NCBI RefSeq assembly: GCF_001194135.2
Contig: NC_069003.1
Span: 1,841,658-1,905,657, forward strand
Direction of reading: 5' to 3'
From: Octopus bimaculoides
Taxonomy: Eukaryota
DNA length: 64,000 nucleotides
This document shows positions 12,696-26,204 of the stretch, in pieces. How positions within the stretch are numbered: the first letter of the stretch is position 1; every line of letters starts with the position of its first letter. The notes beneath the pieces were generated by a model, which had not been told where the DNA came from, did not search any database, and saw nothing but the letters and a program-made list of their open reading frames with translations. The translations under genes and the position numbers were made by a program.

Positions 12696-12890
12696 CGTTA
12701 GTTGGAATGCGTCAATTCGTCTGTTTATGTGTGTGTGACTGAGAAGAGTTTTCAGTATGTTTTTATGGTGGTATGTGTCTCAAATCAAATACGTACACAC
12801 GCGAGCATACAATCATGAATATAAGATCACTCACATGCGCGCGCACACACACACACACACACACACAGATATATATGAATATATGTATAT

Positions 12891-12925
<35 letters not shown>

Positions 12926-13009
12926 TATATTTATATGCATACATAATTATATATTTATATACATTTATATATACATATATACACAGATCACGCACATACA
13001 CACACGCTC

Positions 13010-13056
<47 letters not shown>

Positions 13057-13059
13057 CTG

Positions 13060-13101
<42 letters not shown>

Positions 13102-13106
13102 CTGCA

Positions 13107-13146
<40 letters not shown>

Positions 13147-13405
13147 ATATATACACGCATATATATACATATATATACATACATACACATGTATTTATGT
13201 ATGTATGTGCGTTTTAACTTCGGAGATAATGTAATTAGAAAATCACCTTCAAAGATGAATATCTATGAAGGCATAAAAAATAGATGAGTGTCGAGTGAGC
13301 CCGCCCACGTGTATATGTATACTTATATGAATATGCATGTATGTTTGTGATACTTTTAGTGTGTGTTCGAAAATGATACTTTCATAGAAGCACACACTAT
13401 CTTCC

Positions 13406-13467
<62 letters not shown>

Positions 13468-13943
13468 CTACATATTTATATATGTGAGTATATATTGATA
13501 TGTAAGTGTGTGAGTATGTTTTTAACGTAAGAATGATTATTTTGTAAATATATATAAATTTTTCGACTTATATATGTAATATTTATTCCTATCACTAATA
13601 TTATTATATTGCTCTTCTGAATTTAATTAATATCTGATTTTGAATGTAGAAGAATTTCAAGTCAATAGGTTTCGAGGTATAGCATTCCAGCGTTCTCATA
13701 ACACTAGCTTCTCCGAAAATTTGAAGCAACACCGGTGAGGAAAATTACAAGAAAAATACTAACAAATTCACCCAGATATTAGTTGTGGACGTCGGAAAAA
13801 AATGTCTTTATATAACATTCTATACACGTACTTCAATAAAACTTGTCCTGTACCCTGTTTAACAAACTTTTGTAGGAGTGACATGGATGGCGGGCGTTAT
13901 TTTGGGTTTGTTGCAGAGAAAGGAAAATGAAATAAATTAGGTC

Positions 13944-14103
13944 CAGCCGTGGCCGTATTGTATGAATCTTGCTTCTTAATCTCATGGTTCCGGGGGTTCA
14001 GTCCCACTGCATGGAACCTTGAGCAAGTGTATTCAACTATAGCCTCGGGCCGACCAAACACTTGTGAGTGAATTCGTTGGAAGGAAACTGAAAGTAGTCT
14101 ATT
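13944..14103 (+). mobile_element. SINE family 3, 5' half
   Basis: catggttccggggttcagtcccactgc...actatagcctcgggccgacc is highly similar to 47580-47700. Confidence 0.85.
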
Positions 14104-14104
14104 G

Positions 14105-14203
<99 letters not shown>

Positions 14204-14639
14204 TGTGTGTTTGAATGTGTGTCCTCGTGTCTGTATTTCTCCCCACGTCCCTTCTTAGCAGCCGGTTTTGGCGTGTATTCACACCCCCGCGACTTGTATT
14301 CGCTGTTGGTGTTATTTGGGAGATTTTAGGCGTTTGTTTTGGGAAGATGAGGGTTAGCAGTGAAGCACATTAATCTGTATAATCATGTGTGTTGATTTAG
14401 GTGTGGTAACTCAATATAATCGATCCGACAGATTTCAGCATAGTCTCTGTCTATAGGATTTCACTTTAGAAGACTTACTGAAACAAGTGACTGGTGAAAG
14501 AACTTGTAAAATATTCCACTTTGTCCATGTGAGAGAGAAAACAGATAGACAGCGTGTGTGTAAAGAATACGTGCTGCGTAGTCATTCCTTTTTGAGGAAT
14601 ATCGAGACATTATGACAAATATTACTTTGTTCTTTGGTT

Positions 14640-15500
14640 AAGAAAACAAAACGGAATTCAATGCAGTGTGTATATAGGGTAGAATCAGTTATGGAAAATA
14701 TTGAGGAATCATTTCTGAAATGGTTAAGAGACAAGTAATGTAGAGTGCGGATAAATATTAAGCTGCTATACTTCGACAACGCCACCAGGTGGAATGGATA
14801 GAGAAAATCAAGCAAGAATGTTACTGTTGTAATATATTCTGGTATTCCCACAAACTAGAACCAAAATCTTGCATCTCTGTGTAAATCTCTAAAGAGCTTG
14901 AACTTTGGAGTTTAACGTTAAGAGAATGGATATTATAACAGCAATAAACGCAAATATTCCACGTATATAACGAGAATATACCTTTGAGCAAATATTTGTA
15001 AACAGTTCAAAGAAATAAAACAATTCATTTTCAATGAGATAATATAATAATGTTTAAAATAATTTAACTGAAATATTATGTGAAAATAAAGCATTGAATA
15101 TACACATTAAAACAACTATATTCTATAAATTTCCCATGGATATGGATCTATATTTCTAGCGGAGATACCGTGATAAATTCCATAAACAATGAAAACAAAT
15201 GAATCATCAGCTCATATATATAATGTAGTGCAAGAGGATTATTAGCTTCAAACACAATAGTTGAGCGAGAAATGGAGTTAAACACTTCTCTCAATCGGTC
15301 CATCTCCGGAATTCATATATAAAAACGAGGTTATTATAAGAGCTATAGGAGTATATGTCACATTAATATAAAGAGAATATTTCCTCATTCTAAGTTTGGT
15401 AAAGAGCTTAATGTAATAGAATATATTTGATTTCAGAGTGGATATGTAATGGTATATAACATAACGAATAAAATGACAATTGAAGAAATAACCTAGAATG
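14640..15500 (+). mobile_element. Possible very old Penelope-like remnant
   Basis: AT-rich non-microsatellite block with broken-frame motifs KRNS..VY, RINIKLLYFDNA and YTLKQLYS. These recall PLE RT/linker motifs (KPN, RIS..FDNA, NTLKLSYS). Weak, from memory only. Confidence 0.25.
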
Positions 15501-15604
15501 TGTATAAGCCTGTATGTGTATAATTCTTCTCTATATATTTATAAATCTACAGGTACATCTATAGGTACATCTATAGTCATTTATCTATAGATATATATAT
15601 GTGC

Positions 15605-15655
<51 letters not shown>

Positions 15656-16664
15656 CATATGTGTGTGTATGTATGTGTATATACATATGTATGTATATAT
15701 ATACTTGTGTGTGGGGGTGTATGTATATGAATGTATGTATATATCGAGAGAGAGAAAGAGAGGGTGAGTGTGTTATTTTCAGGGAGAGAGAGAGAGTGAA
15801 AATGCAATGGTTAATAAAAAATATATATATATATAAAAGGAAGACAGGGGATCTTAATATTTCGGACGTTAACTTTTCATCAGAAGCAATGACTACGATG
15901 AGTGAGAAACAGAAAATATAGATGAAAGGAAGGAGTGAGATGGTAAGATTCGATTGACTTCATCTTGTGTCATATTTGTCTTTCATTTCTCTTCCATAGT
16001 TGAACTTGTATATTTTCCTCTCCTTTTCGCTTCTGTTGTTCCTGACATGTCACGAAGCAGCACTTCACATACTTACACATCACATATTTCTCAACCTCTA
16101 CATCTAAGCCCTTCCCTTTTTACTCACACTCGTAATCGTTACCACTTATTCAATTTCAGATTTTCCTCGCTCACAAATTGCCAATTTACGCACTGGCACA
16201 CGTCAATACACCACATCCGACATCACCCCACGCACCTACGGCATTATTTTTCCGCACATTTACACATATACATACCTCGCCGAAAGCCACAAACGGACTA
16301 AAGCCCCACATATGCTTATCTATAACCACAAACACGCTTATATATCTATTCACTGTTTCCTCTTCTCAGATCTCTACACTGAATCGCATTATCACATGGT
16401 CCCTAACACGTCACTCGATTTTCTCTCCTCTATTTAACTTCTTTGGCTTTCCTCTTATGGTTTTTCCTCTGATAAAGTCCTAATTTACGAAGCGTTGTAA
16501 GTATTTCACTTCTTTTCAAGTGTTAAGCTAATAGAGTATAGAAAAGTAGTCGCTTCTACGTTTTCATCATTCTATACTTCATGGCATTGACAAATAACTC
16601 TTGCCACTTTCGCACAGTTCACCCATATGCATGTATATATGTATCTAGTCATATATATGAATAT

Positions 16665-16725
<61 letters not shown>

Positions 16726-18653
16726 GGCACACATATTTTTCATAAATGCTTAATATAATGAATGTTTTCAAAGCTCCTTTGCCTTTGGGTGAATTGTTTA
16801 CGAAACGTTTCAGATAAAATTTTTTCTGAGGGAAAGCGTGAAGATTTTCATTGTATTTACTGAACGAAAGAGTACAAAGAGTAAAGAAGTTTTCACCTGT
16901 ATGGGATTGCAGCGGTATGAGGAAGGTCGGAGAGAAAGTTGGGAAATAGCGAGACTGGTGGCGGAGAGCGAAGTAGAACGACAGAGACGGAAAAGATATT
17001 GGTTAGTGGAAGATAGGAACCCTTGAGTTTGTGGGGTGGTGGGGATTTAGATGCCAGTGGGTTGGCAAACAGTTTGGTATAATAGTGCAAGTATTTTTGT
17101 GCGCAAAACAAGCGCACACGCTCACACCACACGCTTATGTGTGTGCGATAATGGCATATACATATATATGTGTGTGTGTGTAGCTGTGAGTGAATATATG
17201 TGTGTGTTTATGTGTTTACCTGTACATTATGAATTCGTAAATAATATGACATATAAATGAGAAGCATAAAAATGCGTAATACATAGGATTAAACATACCG
17301 AGTATGTTTAATGAATTTAAAATTTCCAACAATAGACAATTCATTCTTCACTGCATTTCCAAAATTCCCTTTTCAAAGTATTCTAACCATTTCATAATTC
17401 GCATACGTTTCTTTCTGCCTCATTTGACAGAATTTAACATTAAATTAATGTGCATTTTTCCTTACAATGGGCAACATTTTAATAAAATATTTTAGCTCTG
17501 TACACTTTGTTATATTCAAATTTCCCCCCTTGCTGTTGACAGAGAATGAGTCCTTCTCTATCCCGTCCCGAATCTTTATATCCCCCATGTTATTTTGTTT
17601 TATTTGAAACGCAAACTTCCATAGCGATCAGGGTTGATCCTACACAGCAACGTTTCACGGCTGAAGAAATGATTGTTGTGCTGCTGTTATTTTTATGATT
17701 TTCATCCATATTTTCGATAAAATTATTGATATTTTATATAACAATGTCTCAGAGAGAGACAGAAATAGACGTTCCGTTCATTGATTGACAAGCCAATTAA
17801 CCCATCACTATTGCCAGGAGCTAGATTTCTTGAAATACAGGATTACTGGGATATTAGAATATTAGTTTATTATGAATATTGGAATACATATTGCCGTGAG
17901 AAATAAACTATGTTCCAGGTGAAGAAATATATGACTACGACGGCATTTTATACAGTGTGTGTAACAAGAATTAAATTATAGGGAAATGATGAACCAGGAA
18001 GATAGATTCTACAATACACCTGAGTCTGCTAGAAATGGCAGCAACTTCTCCTTCTAAATCACACATTTCAGCCTTCGAAGACGACATTCAAAGCTTCTTC
18101 CCATATTATTATGAGACATAAATCAAGCGAGGAATTAAGGTTGCAATGGGACGATTAGGATAATTCAAAAGAACATTTATGTGAAATAGTTATTGGTGTG
18201 GAAGGCAAAATAGATGGGGACAAAAGCGTTACAATTCCGCAAATTACTCTGGGTGTCTTTGGTATCAGTCACCATTACAAAGCTTATTGAATCACTTCAA
18301 GTGATTTACGTCTTGGTTTCAAATCGTGCTGTGTTAAATTTGTGTTCAAAAATTTTGGGGATAGATAAGATAAATATTTGCGGGCCATACAATATTCCAA
18401 TCCCGCCCCTCAAAACTACTGGGCTTTGGCTACACTAGAAAATATTAAGCAAAACCAATTGGCATTTTCAGTGGCATGCGCATGTATAGAAACGAAAACT
18501 ACTCTAGAGCTTTGAAGAATCATACTTAAATAGGTACATCTGTCTATCTGTCTATCTATTTCGCTATCAGTCTCTGTCTGTCTCTCTCTCTCTCTCTCTC
18601 CCCTTCTCTCCTTCTCTCCCTCTCTCTCTATATATATACATATATATATATAT

Positions 18654-18715
<62 letters not shown>

Positions 18716-19944
18716 NNNNNNNNNNNNNNNNNNNNNNNNNNNNNNNNNNNNNNNNNNNNNNNNNNNNNNNNNNNNNNNNNNNNNNNNNNNNNNNNNNNNN
18801 NNNNNNNNNNNNNNNNNNNNNNNNNNNNNNNNNNNNNNNNNNNNNNNNNNNNNNNNNNNNNNNNNNNNNNNNNNNNNNNNNNNNNNNNNNNNNNNNNNNN
18901 NNNNNNNNNNNNNNNNNNNNNNNNNNNNNNNNNNNNNNNNNNNNNNNNNNNNNNNNNNNNNNNNNNNNNNNNNNNNNNNNNNNNNNNNNNNNNNNNNNNN
19001 NNNNNNNNNNNNNNNNNNNNNNNNNNNNNNNNNNNNNNNNNNNNNNNNNNNNNNNNNNNNNNNNNNNNNNNNNNNNNNNNNNNNNNNNNNNNNNNNNNNN
19101 NNNNNNNNNNNNNNNNNNNNNNNNNNNNNNNNNNNNNNNNNNNNNNNNNNNNNNNNNNNNNNNNNNNNNNNNNNNNNNNNNNNNNNNNGTATATATTCAT
19201 ATATATATGGAAAGAGATAAGTGGGAATAATATGCATATATACTCACGAACACGTGTGTAGAAGTGGGTATATATGAGTGCATTGCTAAGTACACAAGCA
19301 CATTAACACACACGCACATGCATTCACACACTCATGTATACGTGTATATGTGTGTACGATTGTATATATGTCTGTGTGTATGTGCAGTTATGTACAAATT
19401 AATGGTGCAGAAACAAGCGTAATCGCTTGATACATGCATAATTTAACACAATCCTACCAAATTCCCACCGATTACCCGCCGAGAAATCGGTAAAAGTTTA
19501 AACTTAGAAAGACGTTGCCATATTTCTAACCAATTTTGTGCCTCATCAACCACAAGAGACTTCGCATTTGGTTGCAGTTGGTGCCTAGCTGAACTTTACT
19601 TGCAACTCTTCGCTAATGCTTAACGAAAATGAAACATTAAAACGCAGACGGTTCGGTCCAAATTAGTTATATCGGTGCACTTTGCGTGGTTTCAGATGTG
19701 GTTAAAATATACGTGTTCGTATGTGTCGGTGCTTCCGTGAGAGATTGTGTCTTTGTGTGTTTGCACGTGTGTGTGTGTGTATAAGGGTGTGTTTGCGTTT
19801 GAGCACGTGCGTGTGTATAGAGATTGGTTGTATATACATGCACACATGCAAATACATAAATAAGGCTGCATGTATGTATTTATGCACCTCTCTCTCTGTC
19901 TGTCTGTCTTTCTCTTTGCACGTGCATACGCTCATAGACATATG

Positions 19945-19993
<49 letters not shown>

Positions 19994-20284
19994 ATATATT
20001 TATATCTATCTGTTACTATGCATATATATATGCATATGTGTGCGTGTGTTTTTCTTTGCGCCCACCCTTTCAGTTTGTTGGAGTTTGATTGCCATGCATA
20101 TTTATTGGTGAGTGCCTGTTGGTGTATATTCGTGCGATGGGGGCCTGTGGTGTTCGTTTAGTTGAACATTTTCAACCGCAATTGACTTCCGAACATCGAA
20201 ACACAAGCTGAAGAAAATTTATGTAATAATATTGGTTTCCAAGTTTGATACAATGCTGACCAGAAACTTCCAAGCAAGGAAATA

Positions 20285-20433
20285 AGACGATTACATCGAA
20301 TTCACTGGTTCTTATGGAAACTAAGTGATGAAATGCGAAGTTGACCTCGGCGGAATTTGAACTCGGTCCATAAAGACAGACATAATACGGCTAAGCAGCT
20401 AGCGCGGTCTGCTAATCATTCTGCCAGCTCACC
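20285..20433 (-). mobile_element. SINE family 2
   Basis: gttgacctcggcggaatttgaactc...ctaatcattctgccagctcacc. Confidence 0.85.
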
Positions 20434-20666
20434 GAATTCATTTGTGTAATCATATCAAACGGTTACAATTTTTGCATAGAGTAATGTTCCAATCTGAAAT
20501 TTTGCATTGATATTTCCATTTATCAAAACCTCTCCAAGTTTGATCCTTTCGGAATGGATGAAACAAATAGCAGTTGAGCCCTGGAGACGACGTAATCAAC
20601 TAGCCCGCTCCCCTGATATTTCAGGTCTTGCGCGTAAAGTAGAAGGGGTTATTTTTTGGTACTTAC

Positions 20667-20762
20667 GGCAGCAACTTGACAGAATTGCTAGAGTTTCGGA
20701 CGAAATACTTCTCGTTATTTCTGAATCGATTATGTTTAGCTCTGAATTCAAATTCCGCCAGT
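20667..20762 (+). mobile_element. SINE family 2 head, decayed
   Basis: gacagaattgctag...gacgaaatac...ctctgaattcaaattccgcca. Confidence 0.65.
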
Positions 20763-21517
20763 ATTCAAATTTTAACGGGGACAGACCATGATATATATAT
20801 ATATATGGAGATCACCATGTAACCGACGTTCTCCCTTTCCTTAAAATTGTTAGTTTTCTGTCAACATTTTCTTCAGTATCTGTCCACGTATTACGACAAC
20901 TAAACTATCGACAAACCCAGAAGCAGCCTGGAAACCGCAAGCATTAACTCCGGCCCAAAACGGCACACATAACATTGCAGTCGGCAAATTGACAAAGTCA
21001 TTAGAGACCTGGATGAAGTGATCTCTGATATTTGTTCCACCTGATCGCGACTGGCAATAACAGACTACAATTTTACACTTTATTCCAGCTTTTCTGTTGC
21101 CAGGCATTTCATACAAAGCTGAATGACTTGAGAATTTCTTCTGCATTTTCACTTAAAAGATCGTTACTAAAAACATATTATTTCTCATTCCCGAGGTATT
21201 GTTTTAAATTCACCATTTAATTATATATTATCTACGATAGCTCTTGCCTACGTTCGTTATAAACTTATTCACTAATCTATTTATTTGTAAAACTGGTCTT
21301 GTGGTGGAAAAGCCACGTTGTAAACAATCAACAGGCTACCTTACTATGAATGCTTATCATTCGCTAAATTAATTTTAACTTGTCTTCTTATTCTTATTTA
21401 TAAGACTAATCTTCATGTCTGTGCATATGTGCGGAATATTAATTCCGTATATATACATTTTCACCGTCTACCTGCCTGACCTACCCTTTCTTTCTTTCTT
21501 TCTTTCTCGCTCTCTGC

Positions 21518-21572
<55 letters not shown>

Positions 21573-21589
21573 AATATATATATATATAA

Positions 21590-21637
<48 letters not shown>

Positions 21638-21935
21638 NNNNNNNNNNNNNNNNNNNNNNNNNNNNNNNNNNNNNNNNNNNNNNNNNNNNNNNNNNNNNNN
21701 NNNNNNNNNNNNNNNNNNNNNNNNNNNNNNNNNNNNNNNNNNNNNNNNNNNNNNNNNNNNNNNNNNNNNNNNNNNNNNNNNNNNNNNNNNNNNNNNNNNN
21801 NNNNNNNNNNNNNNNNNNNNNNNNNNNNNNNNNNNNNNNNNNNNNNNNNNNNNNNNNNNNNNNNNNNNNNNNNNNNNNNNNNNNNNNNNNNNNNNNNNNN
21901 NNNNNNNNNNNNNNNNNNNNNNATATATATAGATA

Positions 21936-21966
<31 letters not shown>

Positions 21967-22429
21967 AAGTATCTATGTGTGCATATAATTATGTATGTAT
22001 GTGTGTATACACATACATGCACATATCTGCATGCACACATGCACACACACACGCACACCTATCCATCCATTCCTATAGATTTATGTATAAACATTAACGC
22101 AATACTCGCTGTTGGCCTCCTGCTTTCAATTATCTCTGCCCCATTCTTACACTCCATGTATATATTTTATTCATTTTCCTCCATCGCAACTCAACATTGT
22201 TATACGTTACTTTTATTCTTGCTTCATACACCCCTTTTTTTTTGTTCTTGTTCAGGTTTCTTTTTTTCTGTTTTTGCTTTATATTTATTACCGTTCTTAT
22301 TCCTATCTTTGTCTCAACAATCACATTTGTCATTTATATATTCACTGTCCAATATTCGCCTTGTAAAACATCTTTTCCCAACCTTATTTTCCAATGATTT
22401 ATGTCGCCATTTTGTCTCCACAGTGTTTT

Positions 22430-22433
22430 ACTC

Positions 22434-22473
<40 letters not shown>

Positions 22474-22564
22474 ATATATATCTTTATATATATATATATA
22501 TCTTTCAGTTCGCAACCAACGGTTTCTTTCTCACTCTAATTTTCTCTACAATTCTGTTATCGCT

Positions 22565-22611
<47 letters not shown>

Positions 22612-22910
22612 GTATCTCTCTCTGTCTGTCTGTCTGTCTGTCTCTCTCTATCTGTCTGTCTGTCTGTCTGTCTCTCCCTCAAACTTTCTTTCACTTTCTC
22701 TCTCTTCGTCTACTCGCTCTCTTTGTCCCTCTCCGTCCTCTCTCTCTCTCTATCAATCCGTAATTCTGTGACAGTTTTCGCTCTCTTTCTCTCTTTAATC
22801 CAATCACAGATTTTACCTCTCTCTCTCTCCCATTCTCTCCTTCTCCATTTGTCTCTCTCTCTTTCTCTTGAATCCTATTCCAATATATCTTAATCTCTTT
22901 TCTCTAAATA
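22430..22910. repeat. Extended (CT)n/(CTGT)n polypyrimidine tract
   Basis: Read directly. Confidence 0.9.
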
Positions 22911-23475
22911 TCTACTAATAACTCTTGATTGTTTTCATTTCAATATGTCACACAATATTTTCTCTCCCTATATCAAATTATTCCTTTATATATATNNNNN
23001 NNNNNNNNNNNNNNNNNNNNNNNNNNNNNNNNNNNNNNNNNNNNNNNNNNNNNNNNNNNNNNNNNNNNNNNNNNNNNNNNNNNNNNNNNNNNNNNNNNNN
23101 NNNNNNNNNNNNNNNNNNNNNNNNNNNNNNNNNNNNNNNNNNNNNNNNNNNNNNNNNNNNNNNNNNNNNNNNNNNNNNNNNNNNNNNNNNNNNNNNNNNN
23201 NNNNNNNNNNNNNNNNNNNNNNNNNNNNNNNNNNNNNNNNNNNNNNNNNNNNNNNNNNNNNNNNNNNNNNNNNNNNNNNNNNNNNNNNNNNNNNNNNNNN
23301 NNNNNNNNNNNNNNNNNNNNNNNNNNNNNNNNNNNNNNNNNNNNNNNNNNNNNNNNNNNNNNNNNNNNNNNNNNNNNNNNNNNNNNNNNNNNNNNNNNNN
23401 NNNNNNNNNNNNNNNNNNNNNNNNNNNNNNNNNNNNNNNNNNNNNNNNNNNNNNNNNNNNNNNNNNNNNNNNNNN

Positions 23476-23527
<52 letters not shown>

Positions 23528-24139
23528 TGTGTGTGTGTATTTATATGTATGTATGAACAGAATACCCTCTTTCACTCTGTCACTCTATATACTTCACGTC
23601 TATCTCTCTGATTCTATCTCTTCCTCTCTTCTCTCTCCCTCTTCCACCTCTTTCTCTCTCTCTCTCTCTCTCACTGTCCCCCGCTCTCAACCTCTTCTCC
23701 AGCTTAACAGCCCCTAACTGTTTTTAATCAGTGCAAGAATTAACATGAATCATAAATAACTCTTTATCTTATCACTTTTATTCAAATCAATCATTCTCCC
23801 TAACAGCACTTGTCACTCACACTTACAAAAACCGTTCTTTCCTTTTTTCCAAACGTCTTCTACTTCAGCATTTCTTTCTTTTATTTCTATTTCGTTCGCT
23901 CCTTTTCTGGTAATTCTTTTTCTATTTTCCTAAATTCCTTCTTATACTTCTCGATCTTTTTACTTCTAAGTTATTTGCACTCTTCTTCTTCTTCTTCTTC
24001 TGCCGCTTCTGCTGCTGCCGTTACTGCTTCTTCTTCTTCTCCTCCTCCTTCTTCTTCATCGTCATCTTCGGAATTTTCTTCCTCGTCTTCACCATTCCAG
24101 CTACCATCGCTGACATTAATATCGATTATACTAATGATA

Positions 24140-24255
24140 CCAATGGCTTCAAATTTGGCACCAGGTCGGCAGTTTTATGGGGGGACGTTATGTCGATTAC
24201 ATCGACCCCAGTGTTCTGGTATTTATTTCATCGACCCCGAAATGATGAAAGGCAT
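24140..24255 (-). mobile_element. SINE family 2, 3' part
   Basis: tcgattacatcgaccccagtg..ctggtatttatttcatcgaccccgaaatgatgaaaggca. Confidence 0.8.
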
Positions 24256-24360
24256 TTTTCTACGTAGCAAATAAATAAATGAATAAATAAATAAAAAATA
24301 AAAATTCGAAAAAATGTTACAAATTAAGAAATTGCGGTGGGGACAGGAGGAGATGGAAAT

Positions 24361-24560
24361 TTTTGTTAGGTTCAACTTACGAGATTTTTGTTAGGTTCAA
24401 CTTACGAGATTTTTGTTAGGTTCAACTTACGAGATTTTTGTTAGGTTCAACTTACGAGATTTTTGTTAGGTTCAACTTACGAGATTTTTGTTAGGTTCAA
24501 CTTACGAGATTTTTGTTAGGTTCAACTTACGAGATTTTTGTTAGGTTCAACTTATGAGAT
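24361..24560. repeat. Minisatellite, 8 x 25 bp (TTTTGTTAGGTTCAACTTACGAGAT)
   Basis: Seven identical units plus a last unit with one C>T change at the CpG. There are no spacers. Confidence 0.97.
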
Positions 24561-25369
24561 TAGTATTGTGTTGGATTATACCGTAGCTGTTGATGCAAAA
24601 TAGTGGCTGTGGGTTAGTCCCATGGAAATACTGTTCAAGCTGACAAAGGGTGAAAGGTATTCCAGTTCGGACAAATACTTTTTTCAATGAAAAATATCGC
24701 AGGAACTGACGCCAGTTTATTTATAGCAAGTATCCTTCTTTATTTTAAAATGGCGATCTAAGGAAGGTTTGGATTATTCACTGCTTCTAGCCTGTCTAGC
24801 TGAAACACTGTATAAATTACCCTTGAAATCTCTGGTTACTAGTTATAAATAAAACAAAATTGTCATAGATCAAAATGAAGATCAAGAAGAGGAGAAATAT
24901 AGACATCATTTGAATAGAATATCCGAAATATATGTTCATTAATGGCCCTAATTAATTTATAGTATTAAGGAAGGAAGGAAAATCTGAGCTGTTATTGATT
25001 ATATTTTTGTGTATTACAAAAGCGGTCACTGTTATGTTTAGTACAAACAATAGCTGCCTATAAATGGTCTGTGCTGAATAAATAAAGCCAGCCTTGCTTA
25101 AATCTCTTTGTGGAGGAGATTTCACATTGATATATGTTAATAGTGAGAAATACATAAAAAAAAACAAAAAAAACACGCTATTTTGTATTGTCCTGGTCTG
25201 AATTAGGTCTAGAGTGTTACACATTAGTGATTAATAATTCATTTGCCTTTGTTAATGAAACATTAATTGCTATTTTATTCGGATTTTATGACACTTTCCT
25301 TAGAGATTGGCCCATTTCCGGGAAAATTTTTGTGCAAACGATAACATTGACACGTGATCTCAACAAACA

Positions 25370-25415
<46 letters not shown>

Positions 25416-25505
25416 TATTATATGTATATGTATATATGTATGTCTTTATGAATTTATCTTTGTGCATGTGTATATATATGTATGCATGTGTGTGTGTACA
25501 AATAA

Positions 25506-25540
<35 letters not shown>

Positions 25541-26173
25541 CATAAAAACATACACACATACACACATGTTTATGTATATGCAATCCACCATTTATTACTG
25601 TAGTATTTGAAATAAATAAATTGAACAGACAAACAAACAGCCAAACAAATAATAAAATTAGACACAAGAAAAACAAAATGAAAGCGAGATCGAGCGACTA
25701 AGAGAGGAAGGGAAACAATAAAAAAAAGATAACAGCCTTGTGAAAGCTTTATAAAAGAAAGTGATAAACTAGAGAGTGAAAAATTAATAACATATCCGAG
25801 TTGTACTTTTTGTTTATTGAATTCTAGCTGAATTTAGTGCGGCTTTTTCCGTCTAAAACGGTTTTATTCCTCCTTCCATTGCACATAAACATGTAACTAC
25901 AGATCATCGTTTTATTGATAAACTTTGTACGAAATGTCTTGCTGGTAAAACATCTAATATTTAGAACAGTGAGGACCAACCGATAACTAAACTGGTTCAG
26001 CTTCAATGTTTTCTGCTAATACGTGACGTATTGATATACGAAGTCACATGTCTTTAGGTTTTAAGATCTTTTCAGAACTAAGACCATTTTCGGATTGCCC
26101 CACTCCCTCTAGAGTTTTCTCTGTCTCTGTCTCTCTTTCTGAATCCCACTCGTTATTTCTGTCACTCTCTCTT

Positions 26174-26204
<31 letters not shown>

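Noticed and set aside
20850-21152. 100-aa minus-strand ORF and a 47-codon plus-strand frame after an acceptor at about 20878
   Set aside because: No recognisable domain and no consistent splice pair; kept only as unexplained unique sequence.
24361-24560. Regular repeats as a CRISPR array
   Set aside because: The units are contiguous with no unique spacers, the context is eukaryotic, and there are no cas genes.
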